DNA from: Octopus sinensis
Lineage: Eukaryota
Reading direction: 5' to 3'
NCBI RefSeq assembly: GCF_006345805.1
Contig: NC_043017.1
Location: 16,740,001 to 16,804,000, forward strand
DNA: 64,000 bases
Part shown: piece after piece, positions 1-12,715 of the stretch
Layout: every line of letters starts with the position of its first letter
Numbering within the stretch: the stretch's first letter is position 1
The notes under the pieces: generated by a model
The model's database searches: none
What the model was told of the DNA's origin: nothing
Seen by the model: only the letters and a program-made list of their open reading frames with translations
Made by a program: the position numbers and the translations under genes

Positions 1-550
1 ACATAAAATTACTTAGCTGATGTAAATGTCATACGATGGGCCTCACTGTCGTTGCCCAATCTGCTAGAAAGTGGGGCCAAAGCTATTTTTAACAACATTA
101 ATGGACAAATGTTCAGATACAATCACACACTTCCATATTAAATAACACAACAGCATAAATACAAACAACATCTTGAAAGGTAAGACAAAAATAGGGGATT
201 CTAGAAATTTAAAACAAAAATCCCAAGTTTTCAAAACAAAAATAAAGGAAGGTCAATATCAAAATTTGTTTTTTCCCAAAACATGAGTAGACAGGAAGTA
301 AAGATCACAGTGAAGAATTGTTGAAGATTTGTTGGAATAAGATGATGGCCTTGCAGAAGCCTTCAAAACGGACGCTTGGAAATCAAGTTGTTTCTGAAGC
401 TATATTCAAATTGGAATCGTTAGAGTTTTGCAATATTTGTTTTAGACCAAACTTGACTGCCCCAAAGATTGGCTGACATAGAAATACAGGACCCTGTTTT
501 ATGATCACTTGCTCCTACAAGATACATACACAAACAATATATATATATAT

Positions 551-879
551 CTGCTTGCGAAGACCTGTTGAGAGCAAGTGAAATCGAAATCGATCAAAAA
601 TCAATGGAAATTGTAGTTGTGATACCAGTGCTGGTGGCACGTAAAAAGCACCGTCCAAACGTGGCCGTTGCCAGTGCTACCTCAACTGACTTCCGTGCCG
701 GTGGCATGTAAAAATCACCCACTACACTCACGAAGTGGTTGGCGTTAGGAAGGGCAGCCAGCTGTAGAAACACTGCCAGATCAGACTGGAGCCTGGTGCA
801 GCCTCCTGGCTTCCCAGACCCCGGTCAAACCGTCCAACCCATGCTAGCATGGACAGTGGATGCTAAACGATGATGATGA
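551..879 (+). mobile_element. SINE family A (RTE-like tail ending (GAT)n)
   Basis: ggtggcacgtaaaaagcacc repeats, ggcgttaggaagggca, ccaacccatgctagcatgga, gatgatgat; further + copies at ~6790-7125, 11550-11770, 13338-13531, 16590-16738, 25228-25330, 26950-27080, 33455-33620, 63290-63380. Confidence 0.85.
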
Positions 880-922
880 AAGTATATGATTTAACTTATT
901 AAACAAAGTTCAACAAATTCAA

Positions 923-1393
923 TCATATTTTACGTAAATGAAGGAGATTAAATGTTAAAATGGATGATAATTTTTTTATTCATGTAGCTATACAATCGTT
1001 TCATGCAGAAAGACAATAAATTCATTTTAAGAATTTGTATTGTCAAAAAGTACTTGTCAGCAGCCAAAAATACGAAAAAAGCTAATAAAACTTTAAGATT
1101 ACACAGGTATGGTGTTCTTACCCATTTTTGTAATGTGTTATTGTTCTTGGAATCATGTCTGTTTAAAACAAGACTTGACTCCAAGAACAAAAATGACTAA
1201 GAACATCATACTTATGTAATTCCAAAGTATTATTAGCTTTTTTCTTATTTTTGGTTACTGACGAGTACTTTTTGACATCTCAAATTCTTAAAATGAATTT
1301 GTCTTTCTGTATGAAACGATTGTACAGCTACATGAATAAAAAAAATTATCATCCATATTAACATTTAATCTTCTCCATTTACGTAAAATATGA
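923..1393. repeat. Foldback palindrome (~470 bp), MITE-like
   Basis: tcatattttacgtaaatg...ggatgataattttttattcatgtagct pairs with agctacatgaataaaaaaaattatcatcc...catttacgtaaaatatga; inner arms ttgttcttgga / tccaagaacaa. Confidence 0.9.
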
Positions 1394-1495
1394 AGAAACA
1401 ATGTTAGAAATCTTTTGGAAACTACTCCAATTAAAGGACGAATTCACATTCAACCTTTCAAAAAATATATATATTAACTTATATTTTATATATAC

Positions 1496-1532
<37 letters not shown>

Positions 1533-1536
<4 letters not shown>

Positions 1537-1851
1537 GGGCACGTGGCTTAGTGGTTAGGGCATTCGGCTCATGATCGTAAGGTTGTGAGTTCGATTCCCG
1601 GCGACGCGTTGTGTCCTTGAGCAAGACACTTTATTTCACGTTGCTCCAGTCCACTCAGCTGGCAAAAATGAGTTGTACTTGTATTTCAAAGGGTCAGCCT
1701 TGTCACTCTCTGTGTCACGCTGATTATCCCCGAGAACTACGTTAAGGGTACACGTGTCTGTGGAATGCTCAGCCATTTGCACGTTAATTTCACGAGCAAG
1801 CTGTTCCGTTGATCGTATCAGCTGGGACCCTCATCGTCGTAACCGGCGGAG

Positions 1852-1856
<5 letters not shown>
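1533..1856 (+). mobile_element. SINE family C (tRNA-derived head)
   Basis: A-box TGGCTTAGTGG, B-box GAGTTCGATTCC, gtgtccttgagcaagacactt core; inserted in (TA)n; second copy at 51376-51700. Confidence 0.85.
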
Positions 1857-1896
<40 letters not shown>

Positions 1897-3317
1897 CATC
1901 ACCATTTAACATCCAACTTTTATGCTGGCATGAGTTAGATGATTCAACAGGATCTTATGAGTTAAAGAACTGAGTTCATTGTCTACTTCGACATTGTTTC
2001 TATGACCAAATATTCTTCCCAATGTCAGTGACTTTACAGATGGCACTGCTTTACAATGCTTTCTTTCTGGTGGTGCCAGCACTGGGCCACCAAATTATCT
2101 CTCCTTCTCCACCACGACACCTCTTTCTCTTTCTCTCATCCTTTCCTTGACTCCTGTATTCCGCTGCTCTTCACCTTCTCTGTACTGGCTGTCATCACTT
2201 ACTCTCCTCTAACTTCACTCCAACTCATACTCAACATTGACCCCTCCTCCTCTACCCTTGTTCATCATTCACCATCCCACCCTTCAACTCTAACCGTCCC
2301 TCACTGGCACCCAACATTCTTACAACCCTTACCCACACACCCACCTTTCTTGTTTTCTGTCCTCACTCTCTCTTCTGTTCACCTTCAAGTACCCTGAAAG
2401 CTCACACTTTCAAGCACCTGGATTATTCCCACCTGCTCATTAAACAAGGAAGCTGTGCATCTTCTCTACAGCAAGACACTTGTCCTACCCTTTTCACATT
2501 TTAGCTCTCAACACCCAACGAAAAACTTCTTCCCTCTCTACTGTAGTCCTGCTCAGTTGAGATGGATCATAGTCTTGTGAGCTCCATGGCAACCGCACAT
2601 CTCACTACCATGTAGCACTGCAGCTCTCTAAACTTTCTCCAGTATATTCTAACTCTGGTTACAATCTTCCAGAGCATCTTCCTCCACTGCTAATTAGGCC
2701 ACCTAGATAACAACCTCCCACCTCATAACTATCTGCCACATGTTCTGGTACGGACAGGTCCTCTGTCTCCAGCAAAATCATCCTACCAGGGCTTTACTCT
2801 CATTCAGCGCAGTAGCTGCAGGCTGGAAAAGGCCTCATTGCGAGCCTTGGATGTGATTGGGGAAGATCTCCAGAGGCTCGACATCACTTTGGAGGATGCA
2901 GAGGGGTTAGCAGGGGACTGCCAGCAATGGAGAGCACTGATGGTCCTAGTCAGCTCTACGCATGATGATGTCACTGGGACCACTACCTTGGAATGACCCC
3001 AGCCACATCAAGCAAGAGTATGAAGCCAAGCCAAGCCAAGATAACAAAAGTTATCTACGACCTCTAAAGATCCTCCTGAGTGTTTGAGAACATTTATTTC
3101 CAGCATGTTCTTCATGTTCATTAGGAACATTTTGTGCATGTACCACATACAAAGTCTATTTTCTTGTTTGTCAACATGTCAATAATACTACTTGCCATCA
3201 AAGTGCAACGCAATGGGACAAGACCCAAAGCCATGTGGTTGGGAGGCAAAGTTCTTAACCACACAGCCATGTCTGCACAGCTCTCTCTCTCTCTCACTCT
3301 TTATATATATATATATG

Positions 3318-3540
3318 CAAAGTCTGCCAAAAAAAAAAAAAAATGTATACACACTTCAGGAATGGAACAAAATCTGTATAAATGTTTAACTTGTATAAAT
3401 ACCTCTATAAATATAGATAACTCTTTTGATGTTTTATCAAATTGTGATAACACTGAATAAACTGCAACAATATTGAATTAAAATATTCATGAAGATTTTT
3501 CCTTTCCTGAAGTGTATATACATTCTTTTGGCAGACTCTG
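3318..3540. mobile_element. Tc1/mariner-type MITE in TA repeat
   Basis: ~55-bp imperfect TIRs CAAAGTCTGCCAAAA..TGTATACACACTTCAGGAA / TTCCTGAAGTGTATATACATTCTTTTGGCAGACTCTG, flanked by (TA)n. Confidence 0.75.
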
Positions 3541-3622
3541 TATATATAATATATACATATATATATATATATACACTCACGTACAAACACAATCACATAT
3601 TATACATGTACAAATAGACAAC

Positions 3623-3685
3623 CTGTAGGAAGAGCCAAACACACTTGCAGGTTCTCCTAGATGGGTGAGGCTGATGTTGTTTGAA
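3623..3685 (-). CDS. Candidate downstream 63-nt exon
   Basis: gcaacag|T...TAC AG|gttgtc, phase 2->2 matching the 5105 donor; SNNISLTHLGEPASVFGSSY; non-repetitive patch, weak donor. Confidence 0.25.
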
Positions 3686-5104
3686 CTGTTGCAGAATCAC
3701 CTGCCCGCAGGAAAGATAAGAACAGGGTGCCTGAGTGGTGGAGGGGCAAGACCAGCCAGCTCCAAGGACCAAAAGTCATTACGGTAGGAATAAAAAAAAG
3801 ACACATATGGAAGAAACATGCCACACTCAAGACATTTTTTTCTTTCAAAATATTAATAAATATAATTTTAAAAAAAACTTGGTTAGAAAATCAAGCTAAT
3901 TAGCAGATTAAATTAACAATTCTTTACATCTGTGCAAGGTTACAAATTTTTCCAGGTAACTGCTAATTAAAGTCTATCCTTCTATCTTAAAAGATAAAGT
4001 CAGTCAATTGCAATATGTGAACACTAGATTGTTAATAAATACCACTGGATATGATCCCTCTATTGATTCTGCCATCTTCAATAAAAATCCTGATAACGAT
4101 GAAGAATGATATTCAGGACGGACACCGAAATAGCATTTGAGACCAGGCCCCTTGAGAACCTCCCCACTCCCCTACAGTCTTTATCACAGTTGTAGTTAAC
4201 AGCCACACAAGCTCACAAGTTAACCCAGTACACTTCTGTTATTTTGTTTTATTATCAAAGATGGATGGTGTTGATTCCGGCAGGATTTGAACTTACAAAC
4301 TTTAGAGAGAGAGACGACTAACAGACTCCACATCATTTATCTAACTACCTCACCTTTTAGTTACTACTCCACTGGCCATTCTCAAAACAGTGCTGATAAT
4401 GATAATAGTTGATAATGTAGAGCCAAAAATTTTGTAATGGAGTATGATAGAATGAAACAATCCTTTACATTACAGATACACACTGAGGTCGGGGGGGGGG
4501 GGGGTCAACCAAAGAATCTATCCTGCATCTCAAAGAGGGAAAAAGAAGGAAGCAAACTCAAATAACAAACATAAAATATCTAATATGGCTCTCATTCTCT
4601 CAGTCATTTCATACCAAAAAAAAAAAAAACAACCTTTCTTAGGAAATAAAAATATGAAATTATCATTATTGTTGTTGTAGTAGTAGGATATATAATTATG
4701 CCGATTTTGTCTAATTAAATATGGGAGCCATAAAAGCAGGAAAACAAAACAAAAAAATGGAAAAATAAATTTCTTCTGAGTTTGATTAATTTGATATTTT
4801 CAAATAAAATAACTAAAAGTTGGGTTTGTGTAAAAAAACCCTTAATATCTTTTATGTTCTACACCCATATTTTAGACATGCTTCCCTCACTCATTTAGTA
4901 GGGTTTTACAAGATCACAGGATTTAATTCCCCATTCTTCAACTGCACAAGCTCTTGTCACACCAGCATAATGTATTATGTTAAATGTGTGTGAGTGTGTG
5001 CACATGTGCATATGTTTTGATGCATATGCTGAGAGAAGCACACATCAAAGGCATTGTGGATGACAATGACAAAACCAAAAATGCTTCAGTTAAGCATTAC
5101 TTAC

Positions 5105-5763
5105 CAAGAACTTTCGCCAGATATTGTAGTTAACTCCACTTTGTCTTTATTATCCAAGTTATTGTCAACTAAACTACCAATGGCAGACTCACTGCTCAGT
5201 TCCACAGATCTACCAGTTCCGTTCACGTCTACTATCTGCGGTGTCTTTGTACTGCCGTTCGAATCAGCGAAACCTGAGTCGTCCATACCAACAGACTGAT
5301 CAAAAGAAACGGATAATCTATTATTCTGAGATTTATCTTTGTCCACGAGGCTGTTTTCGGCTAGGTTGACCTCTGCATTCGTATCAACATCATTCTTCTG
5401 TCTGCTAATGTCCTTCGAAGATGTGCTGTCTTCAGCAAAGGGTTGATCCAAGCTCTCTTGGCTGGAAGCCAGCTTCTCTGATGAATCTGTCTTTAATAAC
5501 CTGTTGCCTAGGTTTGTCTTGCTTTTACCAAGGATATTCTGCAGAATTGGTGACTTGAATTTTGCACTGGATTCCCCACCGGAATCATCTGAACGCGTTT
5601 GTCATCCACTCATTTCAATGTCCTCTTGAGACGAAGCCTTCTTCATGTCGTTTGCAACGAGAGTTGTAGAAGCTTCCTCTTGGCGCTCATCAGGTGAAAG
5701 TTCGGTTGATGAGTTGCTGCTTCGGCTTGGGGAACTCTGAGCAGATTTTGTTGAGGATTCAAC
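5105..5763 (-). CDS. MAP7: MAP7-like large C-terminal acidic/Ser-rich exon containing an in-frame TGA at 5602-5604
   Basis: Long U-tract then acaag|GTT, phase 0; VESSTKSAQSSPSRSSN...DIEMSG*QTRSDDSGGESSAKFKSPILQNILGKSK...TTISGESS; ends at a perfect donor TG|gtaagt (or TAA at 5101-5103 if unspliced). Confidence 0.8.
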
Positions 5764-7238
5764 CTTGTAAAACAAAAAAAAAAAAAGAAATTAAATTTAA
5801 AAAGAAGTAAAAAAAATGTATTTCTCAATTATGGAACACAGTCAAGTGTTGTTGGAAAAATGTATAATCACCTGCACATAACCTGCTATATTAATTCTGC
5901 TGATTAAAAAGCCTAGTATAGAACTCGCAATATCGTCATTTTGACAGTTTTTCCAGGTTGGTGTGGGTTGGAAGTGTATTTGCAAAGTAAATCAGGATTC
6001 ATTTTGACTGTCTTCTGTTAAGAGCAGCATTTTTTTTATCTTTCTTTACTTTTTATTTTTTTTTTTTTTTAATTTTATCTAGTTTCAGCTCACAAGTTGT
6101 GGCCATGCTGGGGCACCGCCATTTCTGATTTTTTTTTTTTTGTCTGAAACTCCTTTGGGGTTAAGGATACATTTCCACAACTCTATCACTAAAAAGCATC
6201 TATTTAGCAATCAATATACCTAGCCCTTTATCCTGCTGAATTTAATATTTTTTTTTCAATTTAAATTTCATAGAACATTTCTATTTCATTACTTTGTGCT
6301 TCATTCTTTTTGCTTTGTTCATTAACTTACAGCAGCTGATGGCTTTTACGATCTTAACACCCTGCCCCACTCCTTCCCCTGACCAATCTGGTCTCTTTTG
6401 ATGTCACCAATTTCATTAAACAGCTGCTGCACAATCAATTCTCCTAGTCTGTTCCTTTTAGCTCACAACCTATATTCTACAATCGTGTACACGTGTCTGT
6501 AGCCCAGCGCATTTGAAGAGTACTACTGTTTTTATTTTAGAAATAAAGGTTCCTGTTTCAAATTTATTCCGAACGCTATGTACATGGCTACAGAGGTGGG
6601 AGTAAGAAGTTCACTTAGCAACCACAGTTTTGGGTTCAGCTCATTGTATGTGTGTTACTCTCATGCCACTTGATAATCAGAGCTGGTTTGTTATGTCCGC
6701 CCTGACATAATGCTTCAAGAAAAAGGGTAATAGAAAACATACCAAATGTTGATTTGATTGACTAAACCCTTCAGAGTGATGTAGTGGTTAACTGGCTTCT
6801 GTGCCAGTGGCACATTAAGAGGCACCATTCGAGTGGGATCGTTACCAGCATCGCCTCTTTACTGGCCACCTGTTGCCGTTGGCATGTGTCCAAAAGATTC
6901 GACGCGAGGGTCATTGCAGTACCGCCTGACTGGCCCCCATGCTGGTGGCATGTAAAAGCACCCACTACTCTCTCGGAGTGGGTGGTGTTAGGAAGGGCAT
7001 CCAGCTGTAGAAACATTGCCAGATCAGACTGGAGCCTGGTGCAGCCATCTGGTTCGCCAGCCCTCAGTCAAACCGTCCAACCCATGCTAGCATGGAAAAC
7101 GGACGTTAAACGATGATGATGATGATTGTTCTTCATATCCAATAAACCATAAAAATACATAGACTAGTGTTCTCAACACAGGTACACATTTTTTGAGGTC
7201 GGTGAGTGTAAGAGAGATAGATAAAGCAGAAAACTCAC

Positions 7239-7298
7239 TTTTACTGTATCAACTACATTTGGTTCAGTTTTCACCCGTTTCATTATCATCTCAAGGCG
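7239..7298 (-). CDS. MAP7: MAP7-domain terminal motif exon (not in ORF track)
   Basis: Acceptor tttgtctccag|CGC, donor AAA|gtgagt; 60 nt, phase 0->0; RLEMIMKRVKTEPNVVDTVK completes the conserved ERLxRKKRLExIMKR motif. Confidence 0.92.
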
Positions 7299-7799
7299 CT
7301 GGAGACAAAGAACGAAAGACAAACACGTGAATAAACAGACAACAAATCCAATTATTTCCTTAAATTATTTAATTTTCAAGAACTGATTTATTTCAGTTGT
7401 TTTTTTTTCTTTATTAAATGGGATTTTGTAATATCAGACGTTAAAGAAAAAGAGAGATGAACCTAATTCCTGAATCAACAAAACTGCACAGACAACAACT
7501 TAAGCATGGCACCAAACATCAGACCGTTCTTCCTCAGTTCATTCCACAGTTTCAGATATTTGCTGACAGAACATTATTAATTTCTTTGGATTCCACAGAT
7601 TTACATGGTTAGACAAGAAAGGATTATCTATTTCGTACTCATAGCAAAATATGTATGCACAATACAGGAGGCAAAGAGAAGGGAGATGGTTAGATTAAAA
7701 GGAGAAAATTGTGAAATTGTTTAAAAAAACAGGAAAAGAATTGCACTACTCGTGACCTTTGCAAACTCTACCAAGTCACAAATTTGTACGATTGAAGCA

Positions 7800-9000
7800 G
7801 ATGATGTTCAGTTTGAAAATGAGAAGGTCAGTGTCTGCCAGAAAAATATGGAAGGGGTTAGGGTTTTATCAAGAGTGGCAGTTTTGAGAAGGAAAGACTG
7901 CAAGAGTAATTAGTGAGACACAGTAGCATGTTGAAAGGAAAGAGATATGGCACGAAGGGCCTGAGTAAAGAGTGTGAAGTTAGCTGGTTTTGAGCTTGTA
8001 ATAGAAGTGAAAGAGAGAAACAGAGGATATTGTATGGCTGCATGCTAACGACTGTAGTATATCTATTGATTACAGAGTCTTTGTAAGTCGAATGATCTTC
8101 TTTGAAAGCAATCTGGGATGTTTGTGTTTGTAGAAGCAGCACCATGTATGCCAGCGGTAGTTCGATCTGAGCTGTAATTTACATGTGTTTCGTAGAGGAC
8201 TAACAGATAGTCCGAGCGAAAGACTTTTGCTGATGTACAATAATATTGCTGTTGCACAAGATAGATCTGGCTTTCCGAAAGCTATATTGATGATTGCTAA
8301 AGTAGGAGAAAGAGAGATCCAAGGTAACTGAAGATGTGATTGTTAACAAACTTTTCCCCAATATCAACTGAATTGTTGGAAGTGAGTGCAATAAGTTGGT
8401 AGTAAACAGAGTCAAAAGGGTTCCTTCTGAGTTGAAAGTAATGTGAGACACTACAACATGTTTTCTCGCAGTGGGAGAGATCCAGCAGATAGAATAAGAG
8501 TCTGACAGTGAGAAGCTAGCTTTGATGTGGACTTTGATGAGAGTGATGAAGGGGTTGATATAGGGAGCAGTTACCTTGCAGAGTTAGAATGATTGGAAGT
8601 GGTTTCTATGCGGTAGCTATGTCTCTCAGTGATGAGACTATAGGTGTAAAAGAGTGTGGGAACATAGTTGGCAGTCATCTTCACTGAGAAATGAATCACA
8701 AGAAGATTATGGAAAGTGGTAGAATCCCTCTTGGCAAGGAACCAGAAGGCTCTGCTGCAATTTGGGAAGCAAGAGTTTCAAACCATGTGATACATGAAGG
8801 CACTGTTTGCTTGTTTGATGACTATTGTTGGAGTATTTTGGAGTTTGTAGATACAGCAGAGGACTTAATGAAGAGAACCAGTGTAACCGAAATCACTTTT
8901 TGCTAAAATTCAGAGAAGAGACTTGAATAATGGGAAGGGTGAATTCTACGTGGGTCCAGGTGCCACCTTTTGGAGAAAAGATAATACACAGAATATAGCT
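7800..9000 (-). mobile_element. CR1/Jockey-like LINE relic
   Basis: Decayed RT C-terminal-like LYETHV...HGAAS...DCFQRRS; boundaries approximate. Confidence 0.45.
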
Positions 9001-10042
9001 TCAAGGGTTAAAATGGGTTAGAATTAGAGGTCCCAGAGAAGAATGCATGATTTACCTTTTAGCAAGAGGTGGTTGGGGAAGATTCACATACGTTTGTGTA
9101 GTGAATACAGCCATTGTCCATGTATTTATTGCCATTTAATATTATTGTTTATGTTTATAGAAGAGAGTTAAAAGAAGAAACCCTATTTTGTAAATTGCAG
9201 TTAAATATTAGATCAGTTTTTGAAAAAAGCTCACTGGAAGTCAGTGACAGTAGGTGGATCTCTCAAAATCTTGTGCTTGCTTTAGTACCAGTCATGAACT
9301 GGGGTAGCTACCCACAAGGCTATTTCTACCTCCTCTGGTGATGAACCTCTGCAGGAAAACTTATTCCATCTGTACCCTGTGACAAACAGAGACACAACAC
9401 AAGAGAAAGTCATTGGTGACTTGATGTTCAGGAAAACAGCCATTAATCCTCAAACCAGTGGTTGAATGTTTACAACAGAATAAACTCTGCTAAAGATACC
9501 CACAGACACTTATTCTGAGTCAATTGCCGAGTTTAATATGACCACCTGGCCCTCAAGAGACTTTTGAACACGTCTGTTAGAAGCGAATAGTGTCCAGTTT
9601 TAGGATAACTCATGAGTCATAGTTACTCTTCCCTTTTCCCCGACAATGAAGTCATGGGAGCTACTCTTTCTTTTCTAATTAAACTAATCAAAAGAATGGG
9701 TCATGAAGGATGAAGGGTAAGGTCAGATCTGTTGGATTAATAAAATGAATTTCTTATTTAGATACAAGTCCGGAGGGATAATGGTGAGGAGAAAGAGATG
9801 ATCTTCTCATTGGCATTTGTGGCAGAAGTTAAGCAACTAGACTTGAACGAGAATTAAAACCATTACTATTCTCTACGGAACAAAATCCTGAAATGAGTTT
9901 GGAACAGTTCCTAGAAACATAATGATGATATTTAACACCAGATTGATAGCCTGGAGATATTAAGCCAGAACCAGATGACAATTCAAAATGTAGATATGAA
10001 ACAACAAGTGTTTGGGAAATAAAAAAAATCAAGAGGCCATAC

Positions 10043-10147
10043 CTTCTTTCTGGCTAGCCTTTCTTCTTCTTCCTTCTTGGCTCTTTCTACACGCTCCTTT
10101 TCGAGGCGTTCAGCCTCTTCCTTGGCTTTCCTCTCAGCTTCTTCTTT
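10043..10147 (-). CDS. MAP7: MAP7-domain coiled-coil exon (not in ORF track)
   Basis: Acceptor attttgtag|AAA, donor AAG|gtatgg; 105 nt, phase 0->0; KEEAERKAKEEAERLEKERVERAKKEEEERLARKK. Confidence 0.92.
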
Positions 10148-10688
10148 CTACAAAATAATACATATAACTTTTAGTAGGCACAAACCAGAGATAGGAATTG
10201 AAGAGATGTGGAGAGGCAGTTGGTCAGCAGAATACTGTTTATTTACGACTCCTATGAATTTAAAAGTTAATATACTGGAGTCACTACCAGAACTAGAGAA
10301 GTTTCAGGGGTTGAAGCAAGGTCTAGAATCAAAGGGCCTTAGAGTCACTCTAGCAAAAACCAAAGTTTTAGTAAGAAGACAAATCTCTTCAGTAAAACCA
10401 TTTTTTAATGCCCTGTTAGTGATGGGAGTTTCCCTGTATCATTTGAGGATAATTAAGAAATTCCTACTGAGTATTAATACATTCCTTTATTTATATATTT
10501 CCGTCACAGTTTGGCCAACTCCATATTGTAGATTACAGTTATAGCTATAATTAAAGTTAAGAATGCAATGTCCAATTCCATTTCACTCTATAGCACTCTT
10601 TATAATAATTATTATTGTTATTCGTTTAGCGGTATGTCATGGCAGAAATCCAATTTTTTCAATTCTGTTTACTTGTGCTCTAAATCTT

Positions 10689-10789
10689 GAAAAAGAAAGA
10701 AAGAAAGAAAAAGAAAGAAAGGAAAAGAAAGAAAGAAAAAGAAAGAAAAAGAAAGAAAGAAAAAGAAAGAAAGAAAAAGAAAGAAAGAA

Positions 10790-10880
<91 letters not shown>
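10689..10880. repeat. Polypurine (GAAA)n/(GA)n microsatellite
   Basis: Directly visible; source of spurious K/E/R ORFs. Confidence 0.95.
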
Positions 10881-10885
<5 letters not shown>

Positions 10886-12261
10886 TGCTTTATGGATCCT
10901 CTGTTGATTCTGAAATGACCATTCAGTTATTTCAACAACTGACCATCTGGGTCATTAAATTAAAAACTAACTCAGTTACAGAAGTGTGTGCCCTTGTAAC
11001 TTTGTAATTCCTAAACTGAATCCACATAACACAGCACTTGACAAGACCAGTCTTTTGAATTATGGTTGCTATTTTCTGGCGGGATTTCTACAGTTTTGGC
11101 TTACCCCAACTTTATTTACATCATATAGGTTGACACATATTTTGGGAGTAAAAAGTAAAACATTAAAAAAAGTGAGTAAAAAGTATCACCAAAGAATATC
11201 AAATTCCTAAAAGAAGGTGACAAGACTCCCAAGGCGAAAGCAATGACAGGGGACCCATTTTCTGTTTTGCCCTCAGCCCCAGACTGGGAGATGCAAGTGG
11301 ACCTGAAGGGCAGACTTGTCTTCCCACCAGAGGAGATAGTAGTAACATCACTCCAACCAGACATGCTTCTGCTCTCCAAGAGTATAGAAACAATAATCAT
11401 TATCAAATGCACAGAACTCTGAGAGGACAGACTCGTTATTTCCTACCAGGTAAAGAAACCAGATATCAGGTCTTAGCTCTCTGTCAAGGGATGGCATGCA
11501 GCATCGTATCCCATGGAAGTCAGCTGCTGTGACTTTTCAGCTAGATCAGCCGGTGGCACGTAAAAAGCACCAACTGATCGTGGCCATTGTCAGCCTCACC
11601 TGGCACCTGTGCCAGTGGCACGTAAAAAGCACCCACTACACTCACAGAGTGGTTGGCGTTAGGAAGGGCATCCAGCTGTAGAAACACTGCCAGATCAGAC
11701 TGGAGCCTGGTGCAGCCTCCTGGCTTCCCAGACCCCGGCCAAACCGTCCAACGATGATGATGATGGTGATCAGCATGCTATTTCCTGCAGAAGATAGGTC
11801 TGAAATACAAACAACTGAAGGAAGCCATATAAGGAGATAGGCAAAGCAGCTGAATCCAGCTCAAGATAACTATGATTGATAAGACCACACATGGAATCAT
11901 TTTGCAGGTAAAGACTGGTTCAATCCCTTGCTGTCCCACTCAGGCAAAGCATACAGGCTAAGGGGTAAAATTCTTCTGACCCTGAGATATCTGATGATAT
12001 AGAAGGGTTTCCAGCATTGCATTGGACTTAGAAGAGCTTGCAAAACCTCTGAGCAGCTCTTGCAGCTTCAGCAGTTTCTGAATTGGGCAAAGGGTCTCTG
12101 AGGTTTATATTTCATCTCACTTTGCTCAACATGTCTTGTAGTGGTGGTATGACTGTGAAGCAGGTTTCTTAATTCCCCAGGTAAGTCTACATCCACAGGT
12201 GGCATTTGTTTTAACTCCTACAAAATGTCAATCCAAAAGAATGCAAGCTCATTGATATATA

Positions 12262-12661
12262 CTCTTTTCTCTTCTACATGTTTCAGTCATTTGACTGCGG
12301 CCATACTGGAGCACCGCCTTTAGTCGAGCAAATCGACCCCGGGACTTATTCTTCATAAGCCCAGTACTTATTCTATCGGTCTCTTTTGCCGAACCGCTAA
12401 GTGACGGGGACGTAAACACACCAGCATCGGTTGTCAAGCAATGCTAGGGGGACAAACACAGACACACAAACATACATATATATATATATATACATATATA
12501 CGACATGCTTCTTTCAGTTTCCGTCTACCATATCCACTCACAAGGCATTGGTCGGCCCGGGGCTATAGCAGAAGACACTTGCCCAAGATGCCACGCAGTG
12601 GGACTGAACCCGGAACCATGTGGTTGGTTAGCAAGCTACTTACCACACAGCCACTCCTGCA
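12262..12661 (-). mobile_element. SINE family B (tRNA-like head, internal microsatellite)
   Basis: tgtttcagtcatttgactgcggcca...gggactgaacccggaaccatgtgg...accacacagccactcc; copies at ~30960-31140, 31237-31640, 33835-34275, 56740-57070. Confidence 0.85.
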
Positions 12662-12715
12662 CTTATATATATATATCTACATACATTACACGATGTGTAG
12701 AAATTCACTATTTAC

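Noticed and set aside
551-879. Repeated ggtggcacgtaaaaagcacc units with spacers, superficially CRISPR-like
   Set aside because: Internal repeats of a dispersed eukaryotic SINE; no cas genes and irregular spacing.
1533-1610. tRNA-like sequence with A and B boxes
   Set aside because: Continues directly into a SINE body and has a diverged second copy at 51376; not a tRNA gene.
5560-5604. Selenocysteine interpretation of the UGA
   Set aside because: No SECIS recognisable in the window, non-redox disordered context, and MAP7 proteins are not known selenoproteins; kept only as a remote alternative.
5670-5695. CUGAUGA on the minus strand near the in-frame stop
   Set aside because: No stem II or GAAA; ordinary coding sequence (PDE).
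10563-11007. K/E/R-rich ORFs resembling MAP7 coiled coil
   Set aside because: Translations of a (GAAA)n/(GA)n microsatellite, on the opposite strand to the gene.
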